DNA of 64,000 nt from an uncultured Acidobacteriota bacterium. Lineage in GTDB: Bacteria; Acidobacteriota; UBA6911. Each line of letters begins with the position of its first letter. The first letter of the stretch is position 1. The translations under genes and the position numbers were made by a program. Below the pieces are notes generated by a model. The model had not been told where the DNA came from and did not search any database. It worked only from the letters and a program-made list of their open reading frames with translations. Where the stretch lies: assembly GCA_963843575.1 (NCBI GenBank), contig CAWJKZ010000010.1:512001-576000 (forward strand), read 5' to 3'. Of the stretch, positions 51,897-61,124 are shown in pieces.

Positions 51897-52880
51897 GTGA
51901 ATGTGATGTTGTTCCCCTTCTCCGAGTACTGGTGGTTTTACGGGGTATTCACGCTGTTTGTGCTGGCCCTGCTTGCGCTGGATCTGGGGGTGTTCCACCG
52001 GACGGCGCACCGGGTCTCATTCCGCGAGGCGGCGACCTGGAGCGCGGTCTGGATCGCCCTCGCCCTGGCGTTCAACTACGGGCTGTACCGCTACGCTCAC
52101 GCGAAGTTTGCGGCCGAGAGTGCCCGCGCCGTCGGCCTGGAGTTTCTCACCGGCTACATCATCGAAAAGGCGCTTTCGGTCGACAACATTTTCGTGTTCG
52201 TCGTCGTGTTCGGGTTTTTCTCGATCCCCGCCCGCTACCAGCACCGCGTCCTCTTCTTTGGCATCCTCGGGGCCCTGGTCTTCCGGGCGGTCTTCATCGC
52301 TCTCGGGGCGGCGCTCCTGAAGTATCACTGGGTGCTGCTGGTGTTCGGCGGCTTCCTGATCCTGACCGGGGTGAAGATGCTCTTTGCGCCGGAAAAGCCG
52401 CTGCAACCGGACCGCAACCCGTTGATCCGCCTGTTCCGCCGCATGATGCCCGTCACCTCCGAACTGCACGGACAGAAGTTCTTCGTCCGGGTCGACGGGG
52501 TGACGCACGCGACGCCATTGCTCCTGGCCCTTTTGTTTCTTGAGCTTACCGACGTGGTGTTCGCCGTGGACTCCGTTCCCGCGATCTTCGCCATCACAAG
52601 CGAGCCGCTTATCGTCTTCACCTCGAATATCTTCGCCATTCTCGGGCTGCGGGCGATGTATTTCCTGCTGGCGGGGGCGGTCGAGTCGTTTCACATGCTG
52701 AAATACGGCCTGGCCCTCGTCCTCGTCTTTGTCGGCCTGAAGATGGCGTGGCTCAACGACCTGTTCGGCGGGAAGTTCCCGATCGGAGTCTCGCTCGCGA
52801 TCATCAGCGCGATTATCGGCCTGTCCATCGCGCTGTCGCTGCTCTTCCCAAAGCGAAACCCCTCGGCCGAAATACGTTGA
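51897..52880 (+). CDS. TerC/Alx family metal homeostasis membrane protein
   Basis: EKALSVDNIFVF, QHRVLFFGILGALVFR, DVVFAVDSVPAIFA and TSNIFAILGLR. Confidence 0.93.
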   Translation: MNVMLFPFSEYWWFYGVFTLFVLALLALDLGVFHRTAHRVSFREAATWSAVWIALALAFNYGLYRYAHAKFAAESARAVGLEFLTGYIIEKALSVDNIFVFVVVFGFFSIPARYQHRVLFFGILGALVFRAVFIALGAALLKYHWVLLVFGGFLILTGVKMLFAPEKPLQPDRNPLIRLFRRMMPVTSELHGQKFFVRVDGVTHATPLLLALLFLELTDVVFAVDSVPAIFAITSEPLIVFTSNIFAILGLRAMYFLLAGAVESFHMLKYGLALVLVFVGLKMAWLNDLFGGKFPIGVSLAIISAIIGLSIALSLLFPKRNPSAEIR

Positions 52881-52888
52881 GTTTTCAG

Positions 52889-52919
52889 GACACGGATCTG
52901 CGCCGATGGACGCGGATAC
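52889..52919. repeat. Family C 10-bp-period motif
   Basis: gacacggatc-tgcgccgatg-gacgcggatac; related copies at 1443, 21949 and 50410. Confidence 0.55.
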
Positions 52920-52934
52920 TGACCAACTCGCCCC

Positions 52935-53276
52935 TTACTCCGAGCCGAGCCCCATCAGGCGACGGAAGAATCCCACGCGTTCGGAGGACTGGTGCGCGAG
53001 CATCAGGTCCTCCAGTTCGCCGCGATCGAAGTAGACACCTTCGCACAGGGTGCACACATCCACCTTCACGTCCCGGAGGGTCCTCTCCTTCATCGCGTGG
53101 CCGCACTTCGGGCAGCGCATCCAGTGCGCCTCCCTGAGGCGGTCGCGTTCCTTCTGGGCTTCTTTCGCCTCTTCTTCCCTGATCCGTTGCTCCCGCTCTT
53201 CCTTCAGCTTGGCAATGAGTTCCCGGTCCTTCTCGATGAACCAGCGATCTTCGTGAGCCTTCTTGACCTTGTCCAT
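52935..53276 (-). CDS. zf-TFIIB-type zinc-ribbon protein
   Basis: Coiled-coil N-terminus, then HWMRCPKCG...VDVCTLCEGVYFDRGELE. Confidence 0.85.
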   Translation of the reverse strand: MDKVKKAHEDRWFIEKDRELIAKLKEEREQRIREEEAKEAQKERDRLREAHWMRCPKCGHAMKERTLRDVKVDVCTLCEGVYFDRGELEDLMLAHQSSERVGFFRRLMGLGSE

Positions 53277-53395
53277 GCCGAGTTTCTCCTGAGTTGGATT
53301 CCGCCCCGGATCTTCCCGGGTCCGTGATGGTCATCGTGCAAAGTTCATACGCAAATCGGTCATCAAAAACGTGGTTGAGGCCGGGAGCGTATGTG

Positions 53396-53419
53396 GGTGG
53401 GGTCGCCCCGACCCCGCCC
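53396..53419 (-). terminator. Hairpin just downstream of the HIT-like gene
   Basis: gggtggggtcg-cc-cgaccccgccc inverted repeat. Confidence 0.4.
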
Positions 53420-53426
53420 CAATCAT

Positions 53427-54056
53427 CTACCTCATCAGGACGAACTCGCAGGCCGCCGAGGGGTCCTCGACGTGCACGTGCAGCTCGCCGCCCGCCGGGT
53501 GAATCCAGAATCCTTCGCCCGCTGCGGGGATACGAAGTTGCGAAACATCCCGAACCACCAGCGCCGCCTGACCCGGGGACGGGGTCGCCCCAAGATTGTA
53601 GAGCCAGGCCTCGTCTTCGACGCCCTCGACCAGTTTCCCGACGTGGACGTGCGCATGACACTGCGTCCGCGTGCGCTCACCGTTGACCGCCAACCCCCAG
53701 CCCGAACCCCAGAGCGACGACGCCTTCTCCACCGCAGCCTTCCAGAAACTCTCGCTCTGTTCGGCACCCATCTGCAGGTGGTGCATCCCCTCGGAGTGGG
53801 TGCGCGGCAGAATCAGCCAGCGGTTCGGCTTCCGCGGGTTGTTGTCTTTGAGGAAGAAAAAGAGAATTCCGGGAGCCTGGGCCTCGGCTTCGCGGCAGAG
53901 GCTGCATTGGCGCGCCTGCATGGTCTCGGAGCGCGTGGGGTCGCAGTCGCAGGCCTGGTCGTGGGTCCGGTAGAGCTGCGCCCCCGGCAGGAGAGGAGAC
54001 CCCGCACCGATCAGGAAGACAGCCAGAACTCCGAAAGACACCGTCCGAAATCGCAT
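53427..54056 (-). CDS. Exported HIT-superfamily-like protein (distantly resembling CDP-diacylglycerol diphosphatase)
   Basis: Signal peptide, CDC...CSLC, WLILPR, GLAVNG..RTQCHAHVHVG (HxHxH-like). Confidence 0.6.
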   Translation of the reverse strand: MRFRTVSFGVLAVFLIGAGSPLLPGAQLYRTHDQACDCDPTRSETMQARQCSLCREAEAQAPGILFFFLKDNNPRKPNRWLILPRTHSEGMHHLQMGAEQSESFWKAAVEKASSLWGSGWGLAVNGERTRTQCHAHVHVGKLVEGVEDEAWLYNLGATPSPGQAALVVRDVSQLRIPAAGEGFWIHPAGGELHVHVEDPSAACEFVLMR

Positions 54057-54308
54057 GCAAGATTGTAGCTTGACCGCCTCTCGAATCCGAGTGCTTATGA
54101 CGCAGGGTTGTCCAGACCCGCGCTACCCGCCCTCATATTCCTGTTGACCTTCCGGGCCGGATCACTAAATCTGTCTCTTTAATGGCAGCGATTGGAAGTG
54201 AAACGTGCCGTGCACCGCACACGCAAAGCGGCGGCCAGGCTCCCCCTCCAGACTATCGCCCGAGGGCTCCTCCAGCGGCCATTAACCGCGTCCACCAGAG
54301 GAATCGAG

Positions 54309-54506
54309 ATGAGAGACGAAACGTCCGAGCACGAAGACGCGGCAGAGATCCTCCGGAAGAAATACCGGTACCGCCAACTCCTCCTGTCCGGGAGGCTGCT
54401 GCTGCCCCACGACCGCGCAGCCCAGCTGCTCGGGCCGGACTGCATGTACCAGCTGTACAGGCTCCAGGGAGCGATGAAAAAGACGCGGAAGGGCGGGCCG
54501 CGGTGA
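54309..54506 (+). CDS. Small basic hypothetical protein (65 aa)
   Basis: agagga SD 6 nt before ATG; MRDETSEHEDAAEILRKKYRYRQLLLSG...; codon usage is GC3-rich. Confidence 0.5.
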   Translation: MRDETSEHEDAAEILRKKYRYRQLLLSGRLLLPHDRAAQLLGPDCMYQLYRLQGAMKKTRKGGPR

Positions 54507-54542
54507 GGAAACGACACGCAATCGAGGGCGGAGGCCGCCGCA

Positions 54543-54667
54543 TTCGGCGCGGCGCCGAGGCGCCGCACTTCGCAGGTCGCGTCTCGCAATTCTGCAGGGC
54601 GCCGAGGCGCCGGGGATTTCGGCCGTAGCACGTAATTGGAAAGCGGCGCCGAGGCGCCGCACTCCAG
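54543..54667. repeat. Family A multi-palindrome element abutting the sialidase SD
   Basis: Three ggcgccgaggcgcc cores; ends ccgcactccag-aaggagagt-ATG. Confidence 0.82.
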
Positions 54668-54676
54668 AAGGAGAGT

Positions 54677-55792
54677 ATGAGAAGCGTCTTGTGCGTATCG
54701 CTGCTCACCATTCTCTTCAGCACGTCGGAGCCAGGGGCTGGGCTGAAGCACGTCGACGTCTTTCGGTCGGGCGACCACGGCTATTTCGGTTATCGCATTC
54801 CCGCCATCGAGACCGCGGCGGATGGCACCCTGCTTGCCTTTGTCGAAGCCCGCAAATACACGCTCGGCGATCCGGGACTCGAGGGCCAGGAAATCGACCT
54901 CGTGCTGCGCCGCAGCACCGACGGGGGCGCGACGTGGTCCCCGATGCAGCTGATAGAACATGCGGGGGATTTCTGGTCGGCCGCCAATCCCTCGACCCTC
55001 GTGGACAGGAGCGACAACCGGGTCTGGGTCTTTTATCTGCGCTGCAGGCCGGGGCGCAACACCCACACGGCCCGGCCCATGACCGACGACATCCGCCTGC
55101 TCGCCCGATCGAGCTCCGATTCCGGGGCAACCTGGACGCAACCCATCGAACTCACCGCTACCTGCCGGGACATGGAGGACGGCTCCTGGCGCACCAGCGT
55201 GCCCGGTCCCGGCGGCGCCATACAGGACGGCAAGGGACGCCTCCTGGTACCAATGTGGATGTTCGAGCCATGGCGGAATTTTGCGATTTTCAGTGAAGAC
55301 CATGGTCGGACCTGGCAGCGCGGCGCTTTCGTCCCCGGCGGCCGCGAGGGAGACGAATGCCAACTGGTTGAACTGTCCGATGGGACCCTGCTCCTCGACA
55401 TCCGACAGCAGGCCGGCGCGCACCGGTGGTTGTCGACGAGCCGTGACGGCGGGCGCACCTGGTCCGAACCAAGGGCGGGGGAGACCGTGACGCCCGTCGC
55501 CTGCGCCATCGAACGAGCGGATCGGAATCGCCTCGTCTGGACCGGGCCGCGGGGGCCGGGACGCAACAACCTCGTGCTGCGATCGTCGAGCGACGACGGC
55601 AGGAGCTTCGCCGGCGAGCTTTTGATCTTCGAAGGGCCGGCCGCCTATTCGGACCTGACGATCCTGAAAGACGGGAGCATCGGGATCCTGTGGGAACGCG
55701 GCGTCGAGCGCACGTATCAGTTCGTCAGCTTTACGCGGGTGGAATCGTCGGGTCTGAGAAACCTTGCGGCGTTCCAGAGGAAAAACCATTGA
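54677..55792 (+). CDS. Sialidase-family (GH33-like, BNR repeat) exported protein
   Basis: YRIP motif and five Asp-box repeats (STDGGATW, SSDSGATW, SEDHGRTW, SRDGGRTW, SDDGRSF); AYSDL. Confidence 0.9.
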   Translation: MRSVLCVSLLTILFSTSEPGAGLKHVDVFRSGDHGYFGYRIPAIETAADGTLLAFVEARKYTLGDPGLEGQEIDLVLRRSTDGGATWSPMQLIEHAGDFWSAANPSTLVDRSDNRVWVFYLRCRPGRNTHTARPMTDDIRLLARSSSDSGATWTQPIELTATCRDMEDGSWRTSVPGPGGAIQDGKGRLLVPMWMFEPWRNFAIFSEDHGRTWQRGAFVPGGREGDECQLVELSDGTLLLDIRQQAGAHRWLSTSRDGGRTWSEPRAGETVTPVACAIERADRNRLVWTGPRGPGRNNLVLRSSSDDGRSFAGELLIFEGPAAYSDLTILKDGSIGILWERGVERTYQFVSFTRVESSGLRNLAAFQRKNH

Positions 55793-55805
55793 GCAGGAGA
55801 GGACC

Positions 55806-57103
55806 ATGAGAAGAAACCGTCGAGCTTTTGTCAAGAGCGCGGGGATGGCTTCGGCGTTTGCGGCCGTCGAATGTGCCAACCTGAATTCGTGGGCAATCGG
55901 GGCAAACGAGAAGGTCGTGCTCGGCCTGATCGGCGGCCGCAACCAGGGCCGCGCGGACGCCCTATCCGCCATAAAGGACGGGGCCGAGATCAAGACCTTC
56001 TGCGACATCGACGACGCCATCCTCGGCCGGGTGGGCGCGGACATCGGGAAAGCACAAGGGAAAACCCCCGCCACGTGCAAGGACTTCCGCCGGGTCCTGG
56101 AAGACCGCGACATCGACGCGGTGATCATCGCCACCCCCGATCACTGGCACGCCGTTCAGACGATCCTGGCGTGCCAGGCGGGCAAGGACGTCTACATCGA
56201 AAAGCCGCTGTCGCAGACCATCCGGGAAGGCCAGCGAATGCGCGAGGCCGCGCGCCGTTTCAAACGCGTCGTCCAGGTCGGAACCCAGCGGCGCAGCACC
56301 GTGCACATCCGGGAGGCGGTCGAGTACGCCGCATCCGGGAAGCTGGGCAAGATCTGCCTGATCAAGGCGTGGATCACCCAGCTGCGCGAGTCCATAGGCA
56401 CCCCGCCCGACGGCAACGCCCCCGGCCGGCGCCGATTACGACATGTGGCTGGGGCCCGCCCCGCTGCGACCCTTCAACCCGAACCGGTTCCACTACAACT
56501 GGCGGTTCTTCTGGGACTACGGCAACAGCGAGCTGGGCAACCAGGGCGTCCACATGCTCGACGTCGCGATGTGGGGGATCCAGAAGATGCGGGGCTTGGA
56601 CCGGTGTCTTCCCCGGCGCATCTCCAGCAACGGCGGCATCTACTGGCTGAACGACGCCAAGGAAGTGCCGGACACTCAGGTCGTCACCTACGACTACGGC
56701 GACCTGATGCTGGTCTGGGAGATGCACAGCTTCCAACAATACCACCGACTCGAGGGGGTCACGGCCGGCACTGCATTTTACGGCACCGAGGGCACCCTGG
56801 TCGTCGACGGCAGCGGCTGGAACGTGACCGGCAAGGGCGGAGCCGCAGGGCCGGGCGGCAAGGACGCCGGAGGCTCTCACACCGCCAACTTTCTGGAGTG
56901 CGTCAAGAGCCGGCAAGCAGCCGAACTCGGACGTGGAAATCGGGCGGCTCAGCACGACCCTCTGCCACCTCGGCAACATCTCGCACCACCTGGGCCGAGA
57001 CGTGGTCTTTGATCCCGGCACCGAAACCTTCGGCGACGACAAGGCCGCGAACGGCTGTCTCACGAAACCGTACCGCGGCCCGTTCGGCCTCCCGGAGCTC
57101 TAG
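55806..57103 (+). CDS. Tat-exported Gfo/Idh/MocA oxidoreductase; two +1 insertions (about 56425 and 56915)
   Basis: NRRAFVK Tat motif, IATPDHWH, DVYIEKP, QVGTQRRS; WLGPAP..NWRFFWDYG in the second frame; CHLGNI...YRGPF in the third. Confidence 0.88.
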
Positions 57104-57130
57104 CCCGACGACGCGCGAACCTTGACACGA

Positions 57131-57165
57131 ATGAACCGCGGGGCGAAGACAGAAACAACTCGATA
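57131..57165 (-). repeat. Family D repeat forming the 3' exon of the intron remnant; homologous to 59093-59130
   Basis: Reverse complement tatcgagttgtt----tctgtcttcgccccgcggttca versus tatcgagttgtttttgtctgtctttgccccgcggctca. Confidence 0.75.
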
Positions 57166-57440
57166 GTAGAGTAGGGGAGGGGCAACCAACGTCGCAGCCT
57201 CCCCCCTCGTCGAACCGGACATAAGGATTTCCCTTATCCGGCTCTCACAGAGACTGTCATCGCAGGACTAAGCGCGAGAACAGAGGCAGTAGGCTTCAGA
57301 AGTAGATCAGCCCAAGCCGGGCGAACAACTCGTAGAAGCTTACTCCCTGCGGTGGTCTGAAAGGCCGCTGGCTGCGCCGACGTAGATGCCGCGTCAGCCG
57401 CCACCGCGCGAACACATTGATCTTGCGGAAGGACTCTCAG
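57166..57440 (-). mobile_element. 5'-truncated group II intron remnant (maturase tail, D5, D6)
   Basis: Minus strand D5 GAGCCGGAT-AAGG-GAAAT-CCTT-AT-GTCCGGTTC with AGC triad; D6 GAGGGGGGAGG...CCTCCCCTACTCTAC with bulged A and terminal AC. Confidence 0.9.
57296..57436 (-). pseudogene. C-terminal 46 aa of a group II intron RT/maturase (domain X end, no endonuclease domain)
   Basis: Manual translation ESFRKINVFARWRLTRHLRRRSQRPFRPPQGVSFYELFARLGLIYF*, ending about 50 nt before D5. Confidence 0.8.
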
Positions 57441-57552
57441 CTCACTAGATGAACCGGGGGGTCCCGGCGCTTCCGGAAGACACGGAGAAAAACAGAAGGA
57501 CACGGAAGGCCCCCTCGAGTTCTTTGGGCTCCTGGAGCCTTCGAGGTCGGCC

Positions 57553-58948
57553 CTACGGGTCGCGCTTCATGGGTGCCGGAAAAGGCAGGGTGTCGGGCAC
57601 GACGCGTACTCCCGAGGTGAACTTGAAAGGGTACATCCCGCCGCTCGGGAACGTCAGCTCCACGAAGAACGCAGTCCACCCTTCGGCCGGCTTGGGGACA
57701 CGCGCGAGGTAGGTGCCGTCCGATCCCGGTTCCAGCGTGGAGCTCTTGTATGCCGGGCCGAGGGTATCGAGCCGGAAGTCCCTCGCCTTGGGGTTGGTGG
57801 CTTGCCAGAGATTGACGTCTGAAGGCGGGTCCTGGGTCCGGACGGCGATGGAGCCGTCCTTCTCGAATTTCCAGGAAAACCGCGGCCGCGGCGTGCCTTT
57901 GACGATGCTTTCGTAATACCCCGCAAGAGCGAGCGCCGCGTCGGAATTCTCGAGGTCATGCCGTGTGTTGGGGACGTAGCGCAGGTATTTCTCGCCTCTG
58001 AATTCGTCGAAGTAGAACTGGGACGAGTCGGGCAGGAAATACTGGTCGCCCGTCGAGTTCACGATGTACTTCGGGATGGTGAGGCGGTCGCGGTACGAGA
58101 AGGGGTCCTCGATCTTCATCAGCGCCTTCCACTGCGGCGTGCCCACCCACTCCATCAGGTGCATCGACGTGTAGTCCTCCAGCGCTGGGGCCCAGAAACC
58201 GTAGGCGCGGAAGTGGTGCTGCATCGAGCGTTCGTTGTTGAGCACGTCGATGACGAGGGGCATCACCGCGATCACCCGGTCGTCGACCGCCGCGACCGTC
58301 CACGCTGTCCAACCGCGCTTCGACGCGCCGGCCACTACGAACTTGTCCACCTGGACGTCTTGCTGGGCGCGCAGGAAATCGCTCACGGCATCCATGGCGC
58401 GGATGGCACTCTTGGTCATCGGTAAGCGCAGCGGCCAAGTCTCGTCCCCGGTCTTCAGATACTTGTCCCAGCTGAAGGCGATAATGGCGTCCTCGGTGCG
58501 CGGGCCCGCGTCGCCGGCAAACTTGAGCGGCTCGTTCGGAACGCCCCGAATTTCGGCCAGCACCGACTGCGTACCGGTGGCGATGGCGGCCAGCGCGGGA
58601 TTGGCGGACTGGGGAGCCTTCCTGCCAAGCGATCCACCCGAGATGAAAAGCAGGGCCGTGGAACTCTTCACCTGGTCGGGCTGTATTATGACGAGCCAGT
58701 GCTCCCACACCGGGTGGTCCACCTCGGCCGCCGAACGCCACTGTTGCGAAGTCAGCGAAAGCACGTGCGTGGTGAAACCGGCTCCTCTGGGTCGAGTGGT
58801 CCAGCCGGTACCCGTAGACCGAGTCCGGGGTGAAGACGTATCGGTCCAGCGCGGTGCCGGCGCCCGGCGCGATCCGCGGCCCGGCGTAGGCCGCCATGGA
58901 CGCAATGATGGCCAGACCCAACACGACCCCTGCCTTCGTTTCATGCAT
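57553..58948 (-). CDS. PhoPQ-activated pathogenicity-related (PqaA-family) exported alpha/beta-hydrolase-like protein; one +1 insertion near 58790
   Basis: Signal peptide and TALDRYV in one frame; LTSQQW, LPMTKSAIRAMD, GASKRGWTAW, GDQYFLPDS and GWTAFFVEL in the next. Confidence 0.87.
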
Positions 58949-58986
58949 CAAACAATCCCCTTAAACATTTCGGGTAATAGTACCGC

Positions 58987-59131
58987 ATGAACCCACCGGT
59001 GCCGAGAGGGGGAATCTCGTGGAGTGAGGCGACCCGACCTGTCCTCGAGACGCAGTGCCGGGAGGGGCACACCAGTCCTTCCGTGTCTTCAGTATCGAGT
59101 TGTTTTTGTCTGTCTTTGCCCCGCGGCTCAA
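58987..59131. repeat. Family D element (TGARCC...GGYTCA ends) carrying an uninterrupted copy of the intron target
   Basis: ccttccgtgtcttcag|tatcgagttg...; internal direct repeat gtgccgRgagggg; related sequence at 57449-57499. Confidence 0.6.
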
Positions 59132-59141
59132 GACATGTAGT

Positions 59142-61088
59142 TCACCTGGGCGGCGTCGGGCCGCCGCCGCCCATTGGGGTGGAGACGCGGCGAAGCTGGC
59201 CGTCGTAGGCTTCGCCGAAATCGATGTTGTGGGCGGCCAGGGTGCGGCCCGCCGCGCGCTCCAGCGCCGTCCGCGCCTTGGCGTACTGGCTGGTCGCGAT
59301 CACCTCGTCCGAGCGCGCCTGCGCCAGGTCGCGCTGGTATTGGATGACGAAAAAACTGGTGGTCGCGCCGACGCCGTACTTCTCCTGCTCCGCCTCGAGG
59401 GCCTCTTCCTGGAGCACCCGCGTCTGCCGCGCGGCGTCGTAGGCAGCCCGCGCACGCTCCACCGCGATCAGCGCCGCTTCCACCTCGGTGCGCACCTGGT
59501 GTTTCAGCTGCTCGAGGCGCATCTCGGCCTGGTTCACCTGCGCCCGGTCGCGCATCATGTCGCCGCGGGCCTGCCGATTGCTCAGCGGAATCGTCAACTG
59601 CAGGTAGACCGAGTAGTCGGGGAAATTGCGCCGCAGGAGCTGGGATAGAACGCTGCCATAGCCTCCGAGGAACATCGGATCGACCGTGCGGGTAAACGGT
59701 GTGCCCGCCAGGGAGCCAGGGGGAGGAATCAGGTTCGGGTCCCCGGCGAGCGCGTTGTTCTGCATCGCGCCGACCAGGTCGAGCTGCGGCTTCAGGGCGC
59801 TCCTGGAACCTTCGAGGGTGATCCGGGCGTTGTCGATCTGCAACCGTGCCTGGGCGTAGTCGGGGCGGGAGCGGAAAGCCTCCTCGACGAGGCTTTCGAG
59901 CAGTTCCGGAGGTTCCCGGTCGGGGATCCGGATGGTATCGGTGGGGACGATACGGGCGCCGCGGATTTCCGGGTCTTCCGTGCCGCGCCGGGTCAGGAAA
60001 TTCTTGAGGATGACCTCTTGCTGCAAGACCAGGCTCTCGGAGTTCGTGACGCCCTGGCGCGTGCGGGCCGCTTCGGCCTGCGCCCGCGACACCTCTATCG
60101 GGGCCAGCGTGCCGACATCGACCTGGGCCTGGTTGTTCTCGAGCAGGGTCTCGGCGCGCCTCAGCGCCTGCCGCTTGACCTCGGTGTCCTGCCGCACGCC
60201 CACCAGGTCCCAGTAGAGGCGGATGACGCCGGAGACGGTGGCAATGAGCTGCTGACGGAAGGTGAGGTCGGCAATCCTCTGATCGTTACCGGCGATCCGG
60301 ATGAAGCGCCGGTTGACGGCCGGGCCGAAACCCTGCAGCAGCGGCTGGGTGAAGGTAATCCCGAGCGACGACGCCATGCTGGGGTTATAGTCCAGGCGCC
60401 CCGAGTTCAGGCTCTGGCGGGCGTTGCTGAAACCCAGGTTGAACTGGCCGCCCGAGGCGAAGCCCTGCTGGAAACCGGTGTTGTAGGCGCGGCTGTCGGT
60501 CGTCAGAAAACTGGTCCCGTACGTGGCGCTGTTGGTCTGGGGCGAGGTCCGGTGCCCCGCGCCGAGTTGACCGGTCAGCGCCGGGTCGAAGGAAGGCACC
60601 TTGGGACCCGGAGACGTCACGCCGGTGCCGATCCCGGCGATCTGGCCGAGCGCCAGGTTGACATCCGTCTGGTTGTTGGTCGTGTCGGTCCCCCCGGCCA
60701 GCACGGTGCTGAGTGGGCCGCCGACACCGGGAGGGGCCTCGCGCACCGTGAAGGTGAGGCCGCGCAGCGAGGCCCCGGACCGGGTACGCAGCAGGTCGGC
60801 GGCCGCCAAAACGGGGGTGTACCGCTGGACGGCGATGTCGAGGTTGTTTTCGACGGCCAGAGCGATGGCGTCCTCCAGCGACAGGTAGATCTCGGCGCCG
60901 CGCATCAACGCCTTCAGCCGCGGGGTGTCCTCGAGGCGGTTCTGCGGCACGTCGGGCACGTGGTAAGGCGACTGGAACCACTGCCAGAAACCGGCGCCGT
61001 TATCCTGACCCGGCGCGGCGACTGCAGCGACGAGGCAGAGGAGGATGGCGGAACTGCGAACGGACATGGGCATACGTGTGCTCTTCAT
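59142..61088 (-). CDS. TolC-family outer-membrane efflux protein
   Basis: LSLEDAIALAVENNLDI, TFTQPLLQGFG, YWDLV and EQEKYGVGATT..VIQYQRDL; downstream of RND genes. Confidence 0.9.
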   Translation of the reverse strand: MKSTRMPMSVRSSAILLCLVAAVAAPGQDNGAGFWQWFQSPYHVPDVPQNRLEDTPRLKALMRGAEIYLSLEDAIALAVENNLDIAVQRYTPVLAAADLLRTRSGASLRGLTFTVREAPPGVGGPLSTVLAGGTDTTNNQTDVNLALGQIAGIGTGVTSPGPKVPSFDPALTGQLGAGHRTSPQTNSATYGTSFLTTDSRAYNTGFQQGFASGGQFNLGFSNARQSLNSGRLDYNPSMASSLGITFTQPLLQGFGPAVNRRFIRIAGNDQRIADLTFRQQLIATVSGVIRLYWDLVGVRQDTEVKRQALRRAETLLENNQAQVDVGTLAPIEVSRAQAEAARTRQGVTNSESLVLQQEVILKNFLTRRGTEDPEIRGARIVPTDTIRIPDREPPELLESLVEEAFRSRPDYAQARLQIDNARITLEGSRSALKPQLDLVGAMQNNALAGDPNLIPPPGSLAGTPFTRTVDPMFLGGYGSVLSQLLRRNFPDYSVYLQLTIPLSNRQARGDMMRDRAQVNQAEMRLEQLKHQVRTEVEAALIAVERARAAYDAARQTRVLQEEALEAEQEKYGVGATTSFFVIQYQRDLAQARSDEVIATSQYAKARTALERAAGRTLAAHNIDFGEAYDGQLRRVSTPMGGGGPTPPR

Positions 61089-61124
61089 CTTTTCGGGCCG
61101 TGTGTGCCCGTGGTGATCACTTCC

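Noticed and set aside
54190-54240. c-di-GMP-I riboswitch (ACGCAAAGC resembles GACGCAAAGC)
   Set aside because: The upstream GGCAAAC...GAAA P2 element and downstream consensus are not present.
57166-57440. Retron, DGR or other active RT system
   Set aside because: Only 46 codons of a maturase tail remain, with an in-frame stop directly upstream. D5 and D6 identify a group II intron fragment, and no TR/VR pair or msr-msd is visible.
57553-58948. pqaA-like gene as an integron cassette or composite transposon cargo
   Set aside because: The flanking repeats lack attC R/L box structure, and there is no integrase, transposase or target-site duplication. It is noted only as context for the intron finding.
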